Shown here one piece after another: positions 30,085-50,910 of a DNA stretch of 64,000 nucleotides. Below the pieces are notes generated by a model, which worked only from the letters and a program-made list of their open reading frames with translations, searched no databases and had not been told where the DNA came from. The translations under genes and the position numbers were made by a program. The stretch lies in NCBI RefSeq assembly GCF_009914755.1, contig NC_060934.1; one strand, 5' to 3'. Source of the stretch: the human T2T-CHM13v2.0 reference genome, Homo sapiens. Positions within the stretch are counted from its first letter, which is position 1; every line of letters starts with the position of its first letter.

Positions 30085-31330
30085 TAAATACATTCCATTC
30101 ACAAGAGCATCCAACAAATAAAACATTTAGGAATAAATTTAACAAAGAAGTGTAAGACTTGTACACTGAAAACTGCAAAACATTGCTGACAAATTAAAGA
30201 AGACCTAAATAAATGATCATATCTCATGCTCATGGATTAGAAGACTTAATATTGTTAAGATAGCAATACTCCCCATATCGGTCCACAGATTCACAATAAT
30301 CCCTGACTGATATCGCTTAGATGTTTATCCCCGCCAAATCTCATGTTGAAATGTAATCCCCAGTGTTGGAGGTGGGACCCAGTGGGAGGTGTTTGGGTCA
30401 TGAGGGTGCATCCCTTATGAATGTCTTGGTGCTGTCCTCATGATAACAAGTGAGTTCTTGCTCAGTTCCCATGAGATCTAGTTGTTTAAAAGAGTCTGGG
30501 ACCTCGCACTCCTCTTGCTCCCACTCTCGTCATGTGACAATGCTAGCTCCCCCTTTGCCTTCCACCATGATTGGAAGCTTCCTGAGGCCCTCACCAGAAG
30601 CAGATGCTGGTGCTATGCTCCATGTACAATCTGCAGAACCATAAGCCAATTAAATCTCTTTTCTTTATAAATTACCCAGTCTCAGGTGTTCCTTTATAGC
30701 AATGCAAAAATGGACTAACACTTTTAACAAAATCCTTACTGGCTCTTTCAAAGAAATTCACCAGCTGATCCTAAAATTCATACAGAAATGCAAGGGACCC
30801 AGAATAGCCAAAACAATCTTGAAAAAGAGGGGCAAAGTTATAGAAATCACACTTCCCAATTTCAAAACTTACTAGGAAGCTATAATAACCAATAGAATTG
30901 CTATCTCAGAAATAAACCTTTACGTTTATGGTAGATCATAGACCTACTTGCAAGAGCTAAAACTATAAAACTCTTAGAAAAAGAAAACAGGAATACAACT
31001 TTATAATCTTGAGTTAGGCAACAATGTCTTATATATAACACCAAAAGTACAAGCAATAAAAAAAATTGATGAACTGGACAATCAAAACTTAAACCTTTTG
31101 GACTCCAAAAAAAAAATCATTAAGAAGGTAAAAAGACAACACACAGAATGGAAGAAAATGTTTGTAAACCCTATATCCAATAAGGGGCTTATATCCAGAA
31201 TCTATTAAAAAAAAACTTACTACTTAATAATAAAAAGACAATCCTGTTTTTAAAATAGGCGAAGAGTCTAAATAGACATTTCTCCAAAGAAAAAATACAA
31301 ATGGTCAATAAGCACATAAAATGACATTCT
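30085..31330 (+). mobile_element. Old L1M ORF2 fragment interrupted by a MaLR LTR
   Basis: L1 ORF2 motifs (ttaggaataaatttaacaaagaagtgtaagacttgtacactgaaaac; agaatagccaaaacaatcttgaaaaaga; agacatttctccaaagaa). Confidence 0.8.
30308..30720 (+). mobile_element. MST-type MaLR solo LTR
   Basis: tgatat...ccaaatctcatgttgaaatgtaatccccagtgttggaggtggg...ttataaattacccagtctcagg...ggactaaca. Confidence 0.85.
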
Positions 31331-31935
31331 ATCATAAATATAATCTAAATTATTAAAGCATAATTAAAGATGTACAGAGGTTTTAGTAAGGACCTTTGAA
31401 TAAGTTTTTTTTATTATTTAAAAATAGGCACATTTCTTGTGTAGTCAAAAACACAAGGCTAAAAACATACCTGCAGAGGGGACCAAAAAAAAATCAATGT
31501 GTATGTATATGTACTGGAAACTGTCACTTTAATAACTGTAAAAACTAGTGAGTAATTATTATAATGAAGCAGTAGAAAAGTAACATTTACATACATTGCA
31601 GCTAACTTCTCTCCTTGGGGGGAATATCAAGATCATTAAAAGGGTGGGGGTAGAGGGTGTCGATCTTGTTCACCATGCTGCCCCAAAACCATGAGCAGAA
31701 TGCATCTCTCTCGGAAATCCCTGGAGACCCCATAGAGCTCATTTTGTAGCTAAAAGCAAACTCTGAGCTATAAATATTAGTTGTCTTTTGCACAAAAATT
31801 AACAGTAGCTTTAATTGTCCTTTCTTTTTACTTTTCCCACCAATGATACATTCAGTCTGAGAAACTTGAGATTCTTAACAAGTAAGAGGTCAAATATTTT
31901 TGAAATTCCTTGTATTCTTAGTTCCTTTACTTCAG

Positions 31936-32269
31936 ACAGAGTCGGCAAACTATGGAAACAAGCCAAATCCAGCCTGCCCTGTTTATGTGCAGCCTACAAG
32001 CTATGAATGTTTTTTATATTTTTAAAGGTTGGGAAAAAATCAAAAGAATAATATTTTATGACATGAAAAATTATATAAAATGTAAATTTCAGTATACATA
32101 AATAAAGCTTTATTGGAACACAACCATAACTTTTTGTTTATTGCTTACATATTTCTATAGCTATTTTCATTCTTCAACACACAGAGTTAAATACTTGCAA
32201 CAATGTACGGCCCACAAAGCCTGAAATATTTACTTTCTGGCCTTTCACAGAGAATGTTTGCTGATCCCT
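31936..32269 (+). mobile_element. MER58B-like hAT-Charlie MITE
   Basis: TIR-like ends cagagtcggcaaac / gtttgctgatccct. Internal ttttattggaacaca and ggcccacaaagcctgaaatatttact. Confidence 0.8.
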
Positions 32270-32817
32270 CATCTGAGATAAATGAACTAATAAAATTCAT
32301 AATCTGTTTTTTTAAAAAGCACTTCATTTTTAAAAAGTTCATACAACTAACAAGGGTCTCCATTTTGATATATATAAATGTGGCCCTAAAAATTCTTTTT
32401 CAAAAATTATTTAGTTGGCTTTCATATCTTAAGCTGAATACATGGACCTTGCCTGAAAATCCCAGACAACATAAAGTTGAGTTTATCCCTTAAAAGAATA
32501 AAATTTGACCCAGCAGTCTTTCAGCTTCAGTATTCATATATCTAATAATATTAGCATCTCAGGAATTTCCCATATGCCTCAGTTAAATAGTTCCCCGAAG
32601 AATACTCAGCCAGCTCTAAATAATGCTCCCAGTGTAATATCAAAAGGAGGTATGAATTTTCTCCTCACCCCAAAGCATAATAGTGAAAAACTATACTGCA
32701 GGAGTCAACAGCCAGCTCATCTACCTTGTTCGCTACCTTTCAATGAAATCCTGAGCAAGTCACATAATTTTTTGGTATCAATATCCTTATTATGCAAACA
32801 CAAAGATTATGGAAACA

Positions 32818-33060
32818 CATAGAATAAAGAAAATAGGTGAAATAAAGAAATAAAGGTGAAATGAAGAAAGAATAAAGAAATTATTTAAAGAATAAAGAAA
32901 TTCTTTTTTTAAAGAATAAATTATTTAAATTAAGAATTCTTTATTTAAAGAATAAAGAAATTCTTTTATTAAAGAATAAAGAAATTTCTTTACCGTAGAA
33001 TAAAGAAATTTCTTTATTCATAGAATAAAGAAATAGGTGAAATAAAGAAAATAGGTGAAA
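32818..33060. repeat. AT-rich array of GAATAAAGAAA units in both orientations
   Basis: About 12 degenerate copies. Perfect 22-bp palindrome GAATAAAGAAATTTCTTTATTC at 32998-33019. Both ends carry (AA)ATAAAGAAAATAGGTGAAA. Confidence 0.9.
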
Positions 33061-33270
33061 GCCTTTAGTTCTCAGAGAAACATACTAAATAAACATGGAG
33101 TTTTTAAAAGGCAAAAGTATCCTCACTGCTGTGTTCATATTTTATATATTTTAGTGTGAAGATTTATCACGTCAAAATCAAGGCTACTCCCATGAAACTT
33201 ACAGAAGAATTTCCCATGGAGCTTCAGCAAACTTTCGTGTCTCAGTCTATCATAAATCTCAGCTTGCTAT

Positions 33271-34093
33271 TGACAGGGAAAGGAGGCAGAGAAGAGCTGG
33301 GTAGAGGAGGGTGTGGTTCCTGGCGAGGGCTCCACCTCCAGGCCTGTGCCCACAGACCTAGGTGAGGACAGGCACTCCTGACTTTGCACCCAAATGTTGC
33401 ATTTCCCAGGACTGTCCTGGCCTGCCACTCCCCAGTCCTGTGCCTGTAAAAACTCCCGAGACTCTGGCAGGCAGACACACAAGCGGCTGCACGTGGAGAG
33501 AAACACATCTTGGTGGAGGAATACACAAGCAGCTGAACATTGAGAGGGCGTCGAGAGGAGGAGATCGGTGGAAGAAGACACAAGTGGCTGGACGTGAAGA
33601 GGACATCAAGAGCAGACCCGCAGGCCATCGACCGGTGGAACGACGTGGAGTTTTACTGGGCAGTCGGAGAAGAGTCAGGCAGTTTTCTAGGGGAAACCAT
33701 CTCCTTTCTGTCTCCCCCACCTGCTGAGAGCTACTTCCACTCAATAAAAGCTTGAACTCATTCTCCAAGCCCATGTGTGATCCAATTCTTCTGGTACACC
33801 AAGGCAAGAACCCCAGGATACAAAAAGCCCTGTCCTTGAGATAAGGCAGGGGTCTCATTGAGCTAACGCAAGCCGTCTACGGATGGCTAAACTAAAAGAG
33901 CACCCTGTAACACATGCCCACTGGGGCTTCAGAGCTGTAAACATTCGCCCCTAGACACTGTTGTGGGGTTGGAGCCCCACAGCCTGCCCGTCTGTATGCT
34001 CCCCTAGAGATGTGAGCAGCGGGGCACTGAAGAAGCGAGCCACACTCCCATCACACACCCCCTGAGGAGGACAAGGGAACTTTTCCCGTTTCA
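33271..34093 (+). mobile_element. ERV1 solo LTR, LTR1-family-like (823 bp)
   Basis: TG...CA termini and 4-bp TSD CTAT (33267-33270 and 34094-34097). AATAAA at ~33743; degenerate TATA (TGTAAAAA) at ~33445. Confidence 0.85.
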
Positions 34094-34680
34094 CTATCAA
34101 TCACACTATTTTAGGGGTTCAACTGTCCATAACCAGTGGACTATCAATAGAAACTCTCACTTCCAAATGCCTCCCTCAGGGATGTTTGAAACTGGTATTT
34201 ATTAAACTGGGTAAATGCCATAGACTAAAGAGGAAAGAAGAGGTCAAAAATATTGGGTAAAAAAAGGAGCAATGAAAAATTTTGGAATAGAAGGAGGAAA
34301 CGGTGAAGCAAGTAAGGGAAAATAAGAGTTGCTAATTCTTTCTTTTGGGTTATCAGTATAGACTGAATATTTGATGAGGAAGATAAAACAGGAGATCTCA
34401 TTGATAGCCGCTAGTGTCCAAAAGCAAAGAAAAATGAGAAGTATTATCTCATATAATGTGCTAGCACACAGAAAAGGATAACAACGCACATTCAAGAATA
34501 CAATACGACAATTCAAGGATGCATTTGATATTACAGGTCCATGCATATTTAAGTACAATCATTCCTTATTTTATAGTTTCTTATAGGTTTTTTTTCGTTG
34601 TTAGAGGTTAGACCTGAACCAGCCAAATCCTTGAGCCAACTTGGAATAATGATTATATGATTTTCATGCAATACTATTTT

Positions 34681-35241
34681 TTTTCTTCAACTTTTAAGTT
34701 CAGGGGTACATGTGCAGGATGTACAGGTTTGTTACCTGTACATCGACGCCCTCTCAATGTTCAGCTGCTTGTGTATTCCTCCACCAAGATGTGTTTGTCT
34801 CCACATCCAGCCACTTGTGTGTCTGCCTGCTAGAGTCTCGGGGGTTTTTATAGGCACAGGACTGGGGAGTGGCAGGCCAGGACAGTCAGGTAAATGTGTA
34901 CCATGGTGGTTTGCTGCATAGATCATCCCATCACCTAAGTATTAAGCCCAGCACCCATTATCAATTATTCCTGATGCTCTCCCTCCCCAACCCAACCCCT
35001 GACAGGACCCAGTGTGTGTTGTTCCCGCCTTGTGCCCATGTGTTCTCATCACTCAGCTCCCACTTATATGTGAGAACATGCAGTGTTTGGTTTTCTGTTC
35101 CTGCATTAGTTTGCTGAGGATAAGGACTTCCAATTCCATTCATGTCCCTGCAAAGGACATGATCTCATTTCTTTTTATGGCTGCATAGTATTCCATGATG
35201 TATATGTACCACATTTTCTTCATCCAGTCTGTCATTAATGG
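34681..35241 (-). mobile_element. 5'-truncated L1PA 3' end (older, L1PA8-11-like) carrying a 145-bp LTR-derived insertion
   Basis: L1 3' UTR flanked by 15-bp TSD ATGCAATACTATTTT (34666-34680 and 35242-35256). Confidence 0.9.
34743..34887 (-). repeat. Inverted copy of LTR segment 33410-33554
   Basis: Reverse-complement match over 145 bp, no indels, 7 mismatches by eye. Confidence 0.95.
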
Positions 35242-36069
35242 ATGCAATACTATTTTGAGTGGATTCTTCATCAATTTTTTTCTTTGGCCCTTTTTTAACC
35301 CCGTTTTTTTACCACCCAATCTCTTTCATTGCCAGAAACTTCTCTTGTTCTGTGATCTTAAATTTTCACTGATTTGGGGGCACTGGTGCACCTTTTAGTT
35401 TTGTCTTTCAACTGTGATTTCAATTTGAGCAGGAATTTAGTATGGAATGTGTGTGTGATAAAAACAGTTTTGCTGTAAAGAACATGCTCTTCAATAAAGT
35501 TCAACAACTCCTTTCTCTCCATAATAGACCCTCAGGCACTTAGACACACTAGCTCCTAAAAATCGTTTGTAACTATACCCCTTAAATCTATATTTAATAA
35601 TAATATATTATGTACAAAATTTAATTCATTTTACCTAGGTTTATACATACTAACTGGTACTTTGAAGTCAAGTCATTCTTTCTAAATGCTTCTTTTATTA
35701 GAAATGAGTTCATAAGCTGTGATCCTGGAAAAACATCTTGAGTCACTATCGAAATCTAAACATTTTAAAGTCCTCTTAAAATGTTACTAATTAACTGAGA
35801 GAGTCTTTAGCCCAAAGCGTCTCCTATTAGTGTGGGAGAAATAATAGTAATCTGGACATTAAGAAACCTGCATTTTACTTATTAGCAGCATTTGAGGAAT
35901 GGCATTTAAAAATACGGGAAATAAGATTATTCTCTGGGAATTAAACTGCAGTCATCACTTACACAATGGATGGAAGAGATATACAAAAAAAGAAAAAGAA
36001 TTTTCTTCTCACATTCAAGAATACAATAGAAATGAATTATATTTTGAGGGTCAAATGACCAGTCATCTT

Positions 36070-39482
<3,413 letters not shown>

Positions 39483-40272
39483 CTATAAATTAACTAAAAG
39501 TTTTGGTATATCTAAAAAAAGGAATTATCAATCAAAAAGGGACTGTGTCAACCATGGAAAAAAGAAAGTTGGTGATATTCATCCAAACAGTTTCCAACAG
39601 AGTAAGAGCTTTATATAATAAACCATACATAGTAGAACCCCATTGGTAAGATTATCTCTACAGAAAGGATAGATGAATCTGATGATTTTTAACTTTCACC
39701 ATTAAGCATTCAATTTATCCAGCCTCCTTTGTTCTATCTCTATGCTCACTAAGCAATCTTCTGATTATTATTTATGTTGCCTATATTGATCCATCTACAG
39801 TGAGAGAACATATTGGTTGTGTGGGTGTACTTTGTTCTGCATAACTTTTTCATTATAAATTTAAAATAGGTTCTGATTTTACATCTTAGCTTCATGATCT
39901 TAGTTAATGTGAGTATACTCCTGAGAGACAAATCTGGTCTTGGCATATGTATCTGAAAGGGATCTCAGTTTCAAATAACAGAATCTATTCTAACTAATTT
40001 AAAAGGTAAAGGAATTTGTTCAGGGTTATTGGGTTGTTTACAGAATTTCTGCAAGGCCCAGAAAAGCCAGGTTTGAATGATATTAAGGCAGGAACATCAA
40101 CCAAGAACAACTTCTAATGCCACCATAGCTCTATTTTAGGTAGAAACCCCACTACTACCACCACTCATTACTCAACACCTATGATACTAGGAACTGGGCC
40201 TGAGAAACTCTGTCAGGGCTGCCCTAAAAGAACAAATGCTTCTGCCACTAGATTGCAACAAGACCCTATCTC

Positions 40273-40545
40273 TCTAAACATGGCCACTCTCATACTGCTT
40301 ACCTCATCCTTCCAAGTTTCACAGGTATGCATCTTTTTTGCAGAACCTAAGCCATATTCCCAAATGCAAGAAGAGTCTTGGAAATGTATCTTTTTATCTT
40401 TCCAACCTTTCTAAACATGGCCACTCTCATACTGCTTACCTCATCCTTACAAGTCTCACAGGTATGCATCTTTTTTGCAGAACCTGAGTCATAGTCCCAG
40501 ATGCAAGAAGAGCCTTGGAAATGTATTTTTTATCTTTCCAACCTC
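40273..40545 (+). repeat. Tandem duplication of a ~137-bp unit (40273-40409 and 40410-40545) within a probable old MLT1-type LTR relic
   Basis: tctaaacatggccactctcatactgc...tctttccaacct occurs twice, about 94% identical. Confidence 0.93.
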
Positions 40546-40801
40546 TGTAGTATGGTCCCTCCCAAATATACTCCACTAGAAAGGAGCTGGAATAGGTCAA
40601 GTGAATCTTACCTTATTAAAACTATTATACTGCTTAAAACACTTTTAAAACTGTGTCATGTTTGACACCTCTTCCACCCACCCCTTTTTCTCTCAGTTCT
40701 ACCATGCTTAAAAATAGGCTTTTAATATCAATTCTATTCTTCACTGAGATTGCTATAAAGATCTTGCCATTGATATATGTCAAAGTGTTCTGAAAAAGCA
40801 T

Positions 40802-40817
40802 GAAACTATCTGAATGC
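40802..40817 (+). other. L1 target-site duplication, 5' copy (GAAACTATCTGAATGC)
   Basis: Immediately precedes the L1 5' end. Its exact reverse complement lies at 58852-58867, next to an L1 poly(A) tail. Confidence 0.9.
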
Positions 40818-41851
40818 GGCTGGCAGCCAAGATGGCCGAATAGGAACAGCGCCGGTCTACAGCTCCCAGCGTGAGCGACGCAGAAGACGGGTGATTTCTG
40901 CATTTCCATCTGAGGTACCGGGTTCATCTCACTAGGGCGTGCCAGACAGTGGGCACAGGACAGTGGGTGCAGTGCACTGTGCGCGAGCCAAAGCAGGGCA
41001 AGCATTGCCTCACTCGAGAAGCGCAAGGGGTCAGGGAGTTCCCTTTCCTGGTCAAAGAAAGGGGTGACAGATGGCACCTGGAAAATCGGGTCACTCCCAC
41101 CCTAATACTGCGCTTTTCCAACGGGCTTAAAAAATGGCACGCCAGGAGATTATATCCCGCACATGGCTCGGAGGGTCCTACGCCCACGGAGTCTCGCTGA
41201 TTGCTAGCACATCAGGCTGAGATCAAACTGCAAGGTGGCAGCGAGGCTGGGGGAGGGGTGCCCGCCATTGCCCAGGCTTGCTTAGGTAAACAAAGCAGCC
41301 GGGAAGCTCGAACTGGGTGGAGCCCACCACAGCTCAAGGAGGCCTGCCTGCCTCTGTAGGCTCCACCTCTGGGGGCAGGGCACAGACAAACAAAAAGACA
41401 GCAGTAACCTCTGCAGACTTAAATGTCCCTGTCTGACAGCTTTGAAGAGAGCAGTGCTTCTCCCAGCACGCAGCTGGAGATCTGAGAACAGGCAGACTGC
41501 CTCCTCAAGTGGGTCTCTGACTCCTCACCCCCGAGCAGCCTAACTGGGAGGCAACCCCCAGTAGGGGCAGACTGACACCTCACACGGCTGGGTACCCCTC
41601 TGAGACAAAACTTCCAGAAGAATGATCAGACAGTAGCATTCACGGTTCACGAAAATACGCTGTTCTGCAGCCACCGCTGCTGATACCCAGGCAAACAGGG
41701 TCTGGAGTGGACCTCTAGAAAACTCCAACAGACCTGCAGCTGAGGGTCCTGTCTGTTAGAAGGAAAAATAACAAACAGAAAGGACATCCACACCAAAAAC
41801 CCATCTGTACATGACCATCATCAAAGACCAAAAGTAGATAAAACCACAAAG
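40818..41851. promoter_or_regulatory. L1 5' UTR with internal sense promoter and antisense promoter (ASP faces the CTNNA3 sense direction)
   Basis: CpG-rich L1PA 5' UTR with YY1 motif CAAGATGGCC at ~40828. ORF0 ATG at 41268 (minus) is stopped after 18 codons. Activity is not shown by sequence. Confidence 0.6.
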
Positions 41852-42865
41852 ATGGGGAAAAAACAGAGCAGAAAAACTGGAAACTCTAAAAAGCACAGTG
41901 CCTCTCCTCCTCCAAAGGAACACAGCTCCTCACCAGCAACGGAACGAAGCTGGACGGAGAATGACTTTGACAAGTTGAGAGAAGGCTTCAGACGATCAAA
42001 CTACTCCGAGCTACAGGAGGAAATTCAAATCAAAGGCAAAGAAGTTAAAAACTTTGAAAAAAATATAGACGAATGTACAACTAGAATAACCAATACAGAG
42101 AAGTGCTTAAAGGAGCTAATGGAGCTGAAAACCAAGGTTCGAGAATTACGTGAAGAATGCAGAAGCCTCAGGAGCCGATGCGATCAACTGGAAGAAAGGG
42201 TATCAGTGATAGAAGATGAAATGAATGAAATGAAGCGAGAAGGGAAGTTTAGAGAAAAAAGAATGAAAAGAAATGAACGAAGCCTCCAAGAAATAGGGGA
42301 CTATGTGAAAAGACCAAATCTACGTCTGATTGGTGTACCTGAAAGTGATGGGGAGAATGGAACCAAGTTGGAAAACACTCTGCAGGATATTATCCAGGAG
42401 AACTTCCCCAATCTAGCAAGGCAGGCCAACATTCAGATTCAGGAAATACAGAGAACACCACAAAGATACTCCTCGAGAAGAGCAACTCCAAGACACATAA
42501 TTGTTAGATTCACCAAAGTTGAAATGAAGGAAAAAACGGTAAGGGCAGCCAGAGAGAAAGGTCGGGTTACCCACAAAGGGAAGCCCAGCAGACTAACAGC
42601 GGATGTCTCGGCAGAAACTCTACAAACCAGAAGAGAGTGGGGGCCAATATTCAACATTCTTAAAGAAAAGAATTTTCAACCCAGAATTTCATATCCAGCC
42701 AAACTAAGCTTCATAAGTGAAGGAGAAATAAAATACTTTACAGACAAGCAAATGCTGAGAGATTTTGTCACCAACAGGCCTGCCCTAAAACAGCTCCTGA
42801 AGGAAGCACTAAACATGGAAAGGAACAACCGGTACCAGCTACTGCAAAAACATGCCAAATTCTAA
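41852..42865 (+). CDS. L1 ORF1p (RNA-binding chaperone), open frame of 337 aa
   Basis: MGKKQSRKTGNSK...coiled coil...RREWGPIFNILKEKNFQPRISYPAKLSF. One residue shorter than canonical (LREGFRR). Confidence 0.9.
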   Translation: MGKKQSRKTGNSKKHSASPPPKEHSSSPATERSWTENDFDKLREGFRRSNYSELQEEIQIKGKEVKNFEKNIDECTTRITNTEKCLKELMELKTKVRELREECRSLRSRCDQLEERVSVIEDEMNEMKREGKFREKRMKRNERSLQEIGDYVKRPNLRLIGVPESDGENGTKLENTLQDIIQENFPNLARQANIQIQEIQRTPQRYSSRRATPRHIIVRFTKVEMKEKTVRAAREKGRVTHKGKPSRLTADVSAETLQTRREWGPIFNILKEKNFQPRISYPAKLSFISEGEIKYFTDKQMLRDFVTNRPALKQLLKEALNMERNNRYQLLQKHAKF

Positions 42866-42928
42866 ACACCATCGAGGCTAGGAAGAAACTGCATCAACTA
42901 ACGAGGAAAATAGGCAGCTAACATCATA

Positions 42929-46755
<3,827 letters not shown>

Positions 46756-46965
46756 GAACAACAAGAACACTTGGACACAGGGTGGGGAACATCACACACT
46801 GGGGCCTGTCATGGGGTGGGGGGAGGGGGGATGGATAGCACTGGGAGATATACCTAATGTGAATGATGAGTTAATCGGTGCAGCACACCAACATGGCACA
46901 TGCATACATATGTAACAAACCTGCACGTTGTGCACATGTACCCTAGAACTTAAAGTATAACAACT

Positions 46966-46982
46966 GTATATATATGCATATA

Positions 46983-47030
<48 letters not shown>
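46966..47030. repeat. (TG)n(TA)n microsatellite; inverted copy at 61323-61389
   Basis: Direct reading. Confidence 0.95.
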
Positions 47031-49514
<2,484 letters not shown>

Positions 49515-49580
49515 GAAACAGATGCAACAACTATATTTCCAATAAAACAAGACAATAAAAATAAGAAATGAGAAAATGGC

Positions 49581-49922
49581 AAAAAAAAAAAAGAATGAAA
49601 TATGTCTTTTGCAGCAAATTGGATAGAACTGGGTATCATTATCATAAGTGAAACAAGCCAGGGACAAAAAGACAAATATTGCATGCTTTCATAAGTGGAT
49701 GCTAAAAATTGTGTATAAATGAATGTAGAAAGTGGAATGATTGATAATGGAGACTTGGAAGGGTGAGAGGGTTAGAGCGGAGAGGATAGTGAGAAATTGG
49801 TTAATGCGTACAATGTACGTTACTTGGGTGATGAATACCTTGAAAGCCCTGACTTAACCACTATGTAATCTATGCAAGTAATAAAATTACAGGTGTACCC
49901 CATATATTTGTACAAAGAAAAA
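49581..49922 (+). mobile_element. 3' end of the older L1PB-like element
   Basis: aaaaagaatgaaatatgtcttttgcagca...gagaaattggttaatgcgtacaatgtac...gtaccccatatatttgtacaaagaaaaa. Confidence 0.8.
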
Positions 49923-50780
49923 TCTGTATCCTTTCATGTGAATTATCTGGAGCTTGAATGTGCAGTCTAATGTCTATAGCCTCGGTAGTTATGCCTACCA
50001 GAGGTAGCAATTCCAAACAGATACCACGGGCTTCATGTTCATGTATGTTTACTGGGAGAGGTCTTGCAAATTAATGGAAGCTTGCCACTGCTAAACTGCC
50101 TCCCATCTATTTTTAATTGTAGGCCTCCACCAAGGTCATCAAGAGTCAGTTGGAGGGCTAGGAAGATTAATGTGGAGCTTTCGAATCTATCAGAAGCTAA
50201 CTATAGCTCTCCTTCCTAAATATGGGGTTATGGTATTTTGTATTAAAAGAAATGCTATGGTATTTAGTATATTAATGCAGGAGCCTCCCAGCTGCATGTT
50301 TGTAGAGCTTAGGCCTACAGTAGTTGACAACTTGCCCCACTTTGCATGGCTCATGAATATGTCTGGCAGGGTAGTGGATGTAGCCAGAAACTAGGGGACT
50401 TTCTCTCTCCCTTGTGAGTAGTAAACTTTGGGTTAAAAAATGTTCACATACCTCATGTGCATAACATATGTACTTGTGTATTTTTTCTATTTATCTCTCT
50501 TTCTACATTTTCATAGTTCTTCATCTCAATGTTTGCAAGACTCCAGGCTACAGACTGTTTTTTTTTTTGCAGTAGGAATTAGGAGTCAAGGCTTACCACC
50601 ATCCATATTAGTCAGAGAAAACCATTACTTCCAGAAATGATTATTCTTGGAAAGTGGCATCCTGGAAGTGTACTTAATCTTCCTATCAGTATACTTAGGT
50701 ACTTAAACAACAAATGGCATTATAGAATTTTCAATATTGAACATTTAAAATGTTACCTATCTTCTCCCTGATTGTTCCAG

Positions 50781-50910
50781 TATATATATATGTGTGTGTG
50801 TGTGTGTGTATAGTACAGTACATATTTCCTTGCACGCACACACACACATATATATATGCATATTTATATGCACACAGACACACACACATATATATATATG
50901 CAAGGAAATA
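50781..50910. repeat. Compound (TA)/(TG)/(CA) microsatellite with quasi-palindromic arrangement
   Basis: Direct reading. 12-bp inverted repeat TATTTCCTTGCA (50823-50834) / TGCAAGGAAATA (50899-50910). Confidence 0.85.

Noticed and set aside
32818-33060. CRISPR-like array
   Set aside because: Primate DNA; the units are degenerate, in both orientations and lack unique spacers.
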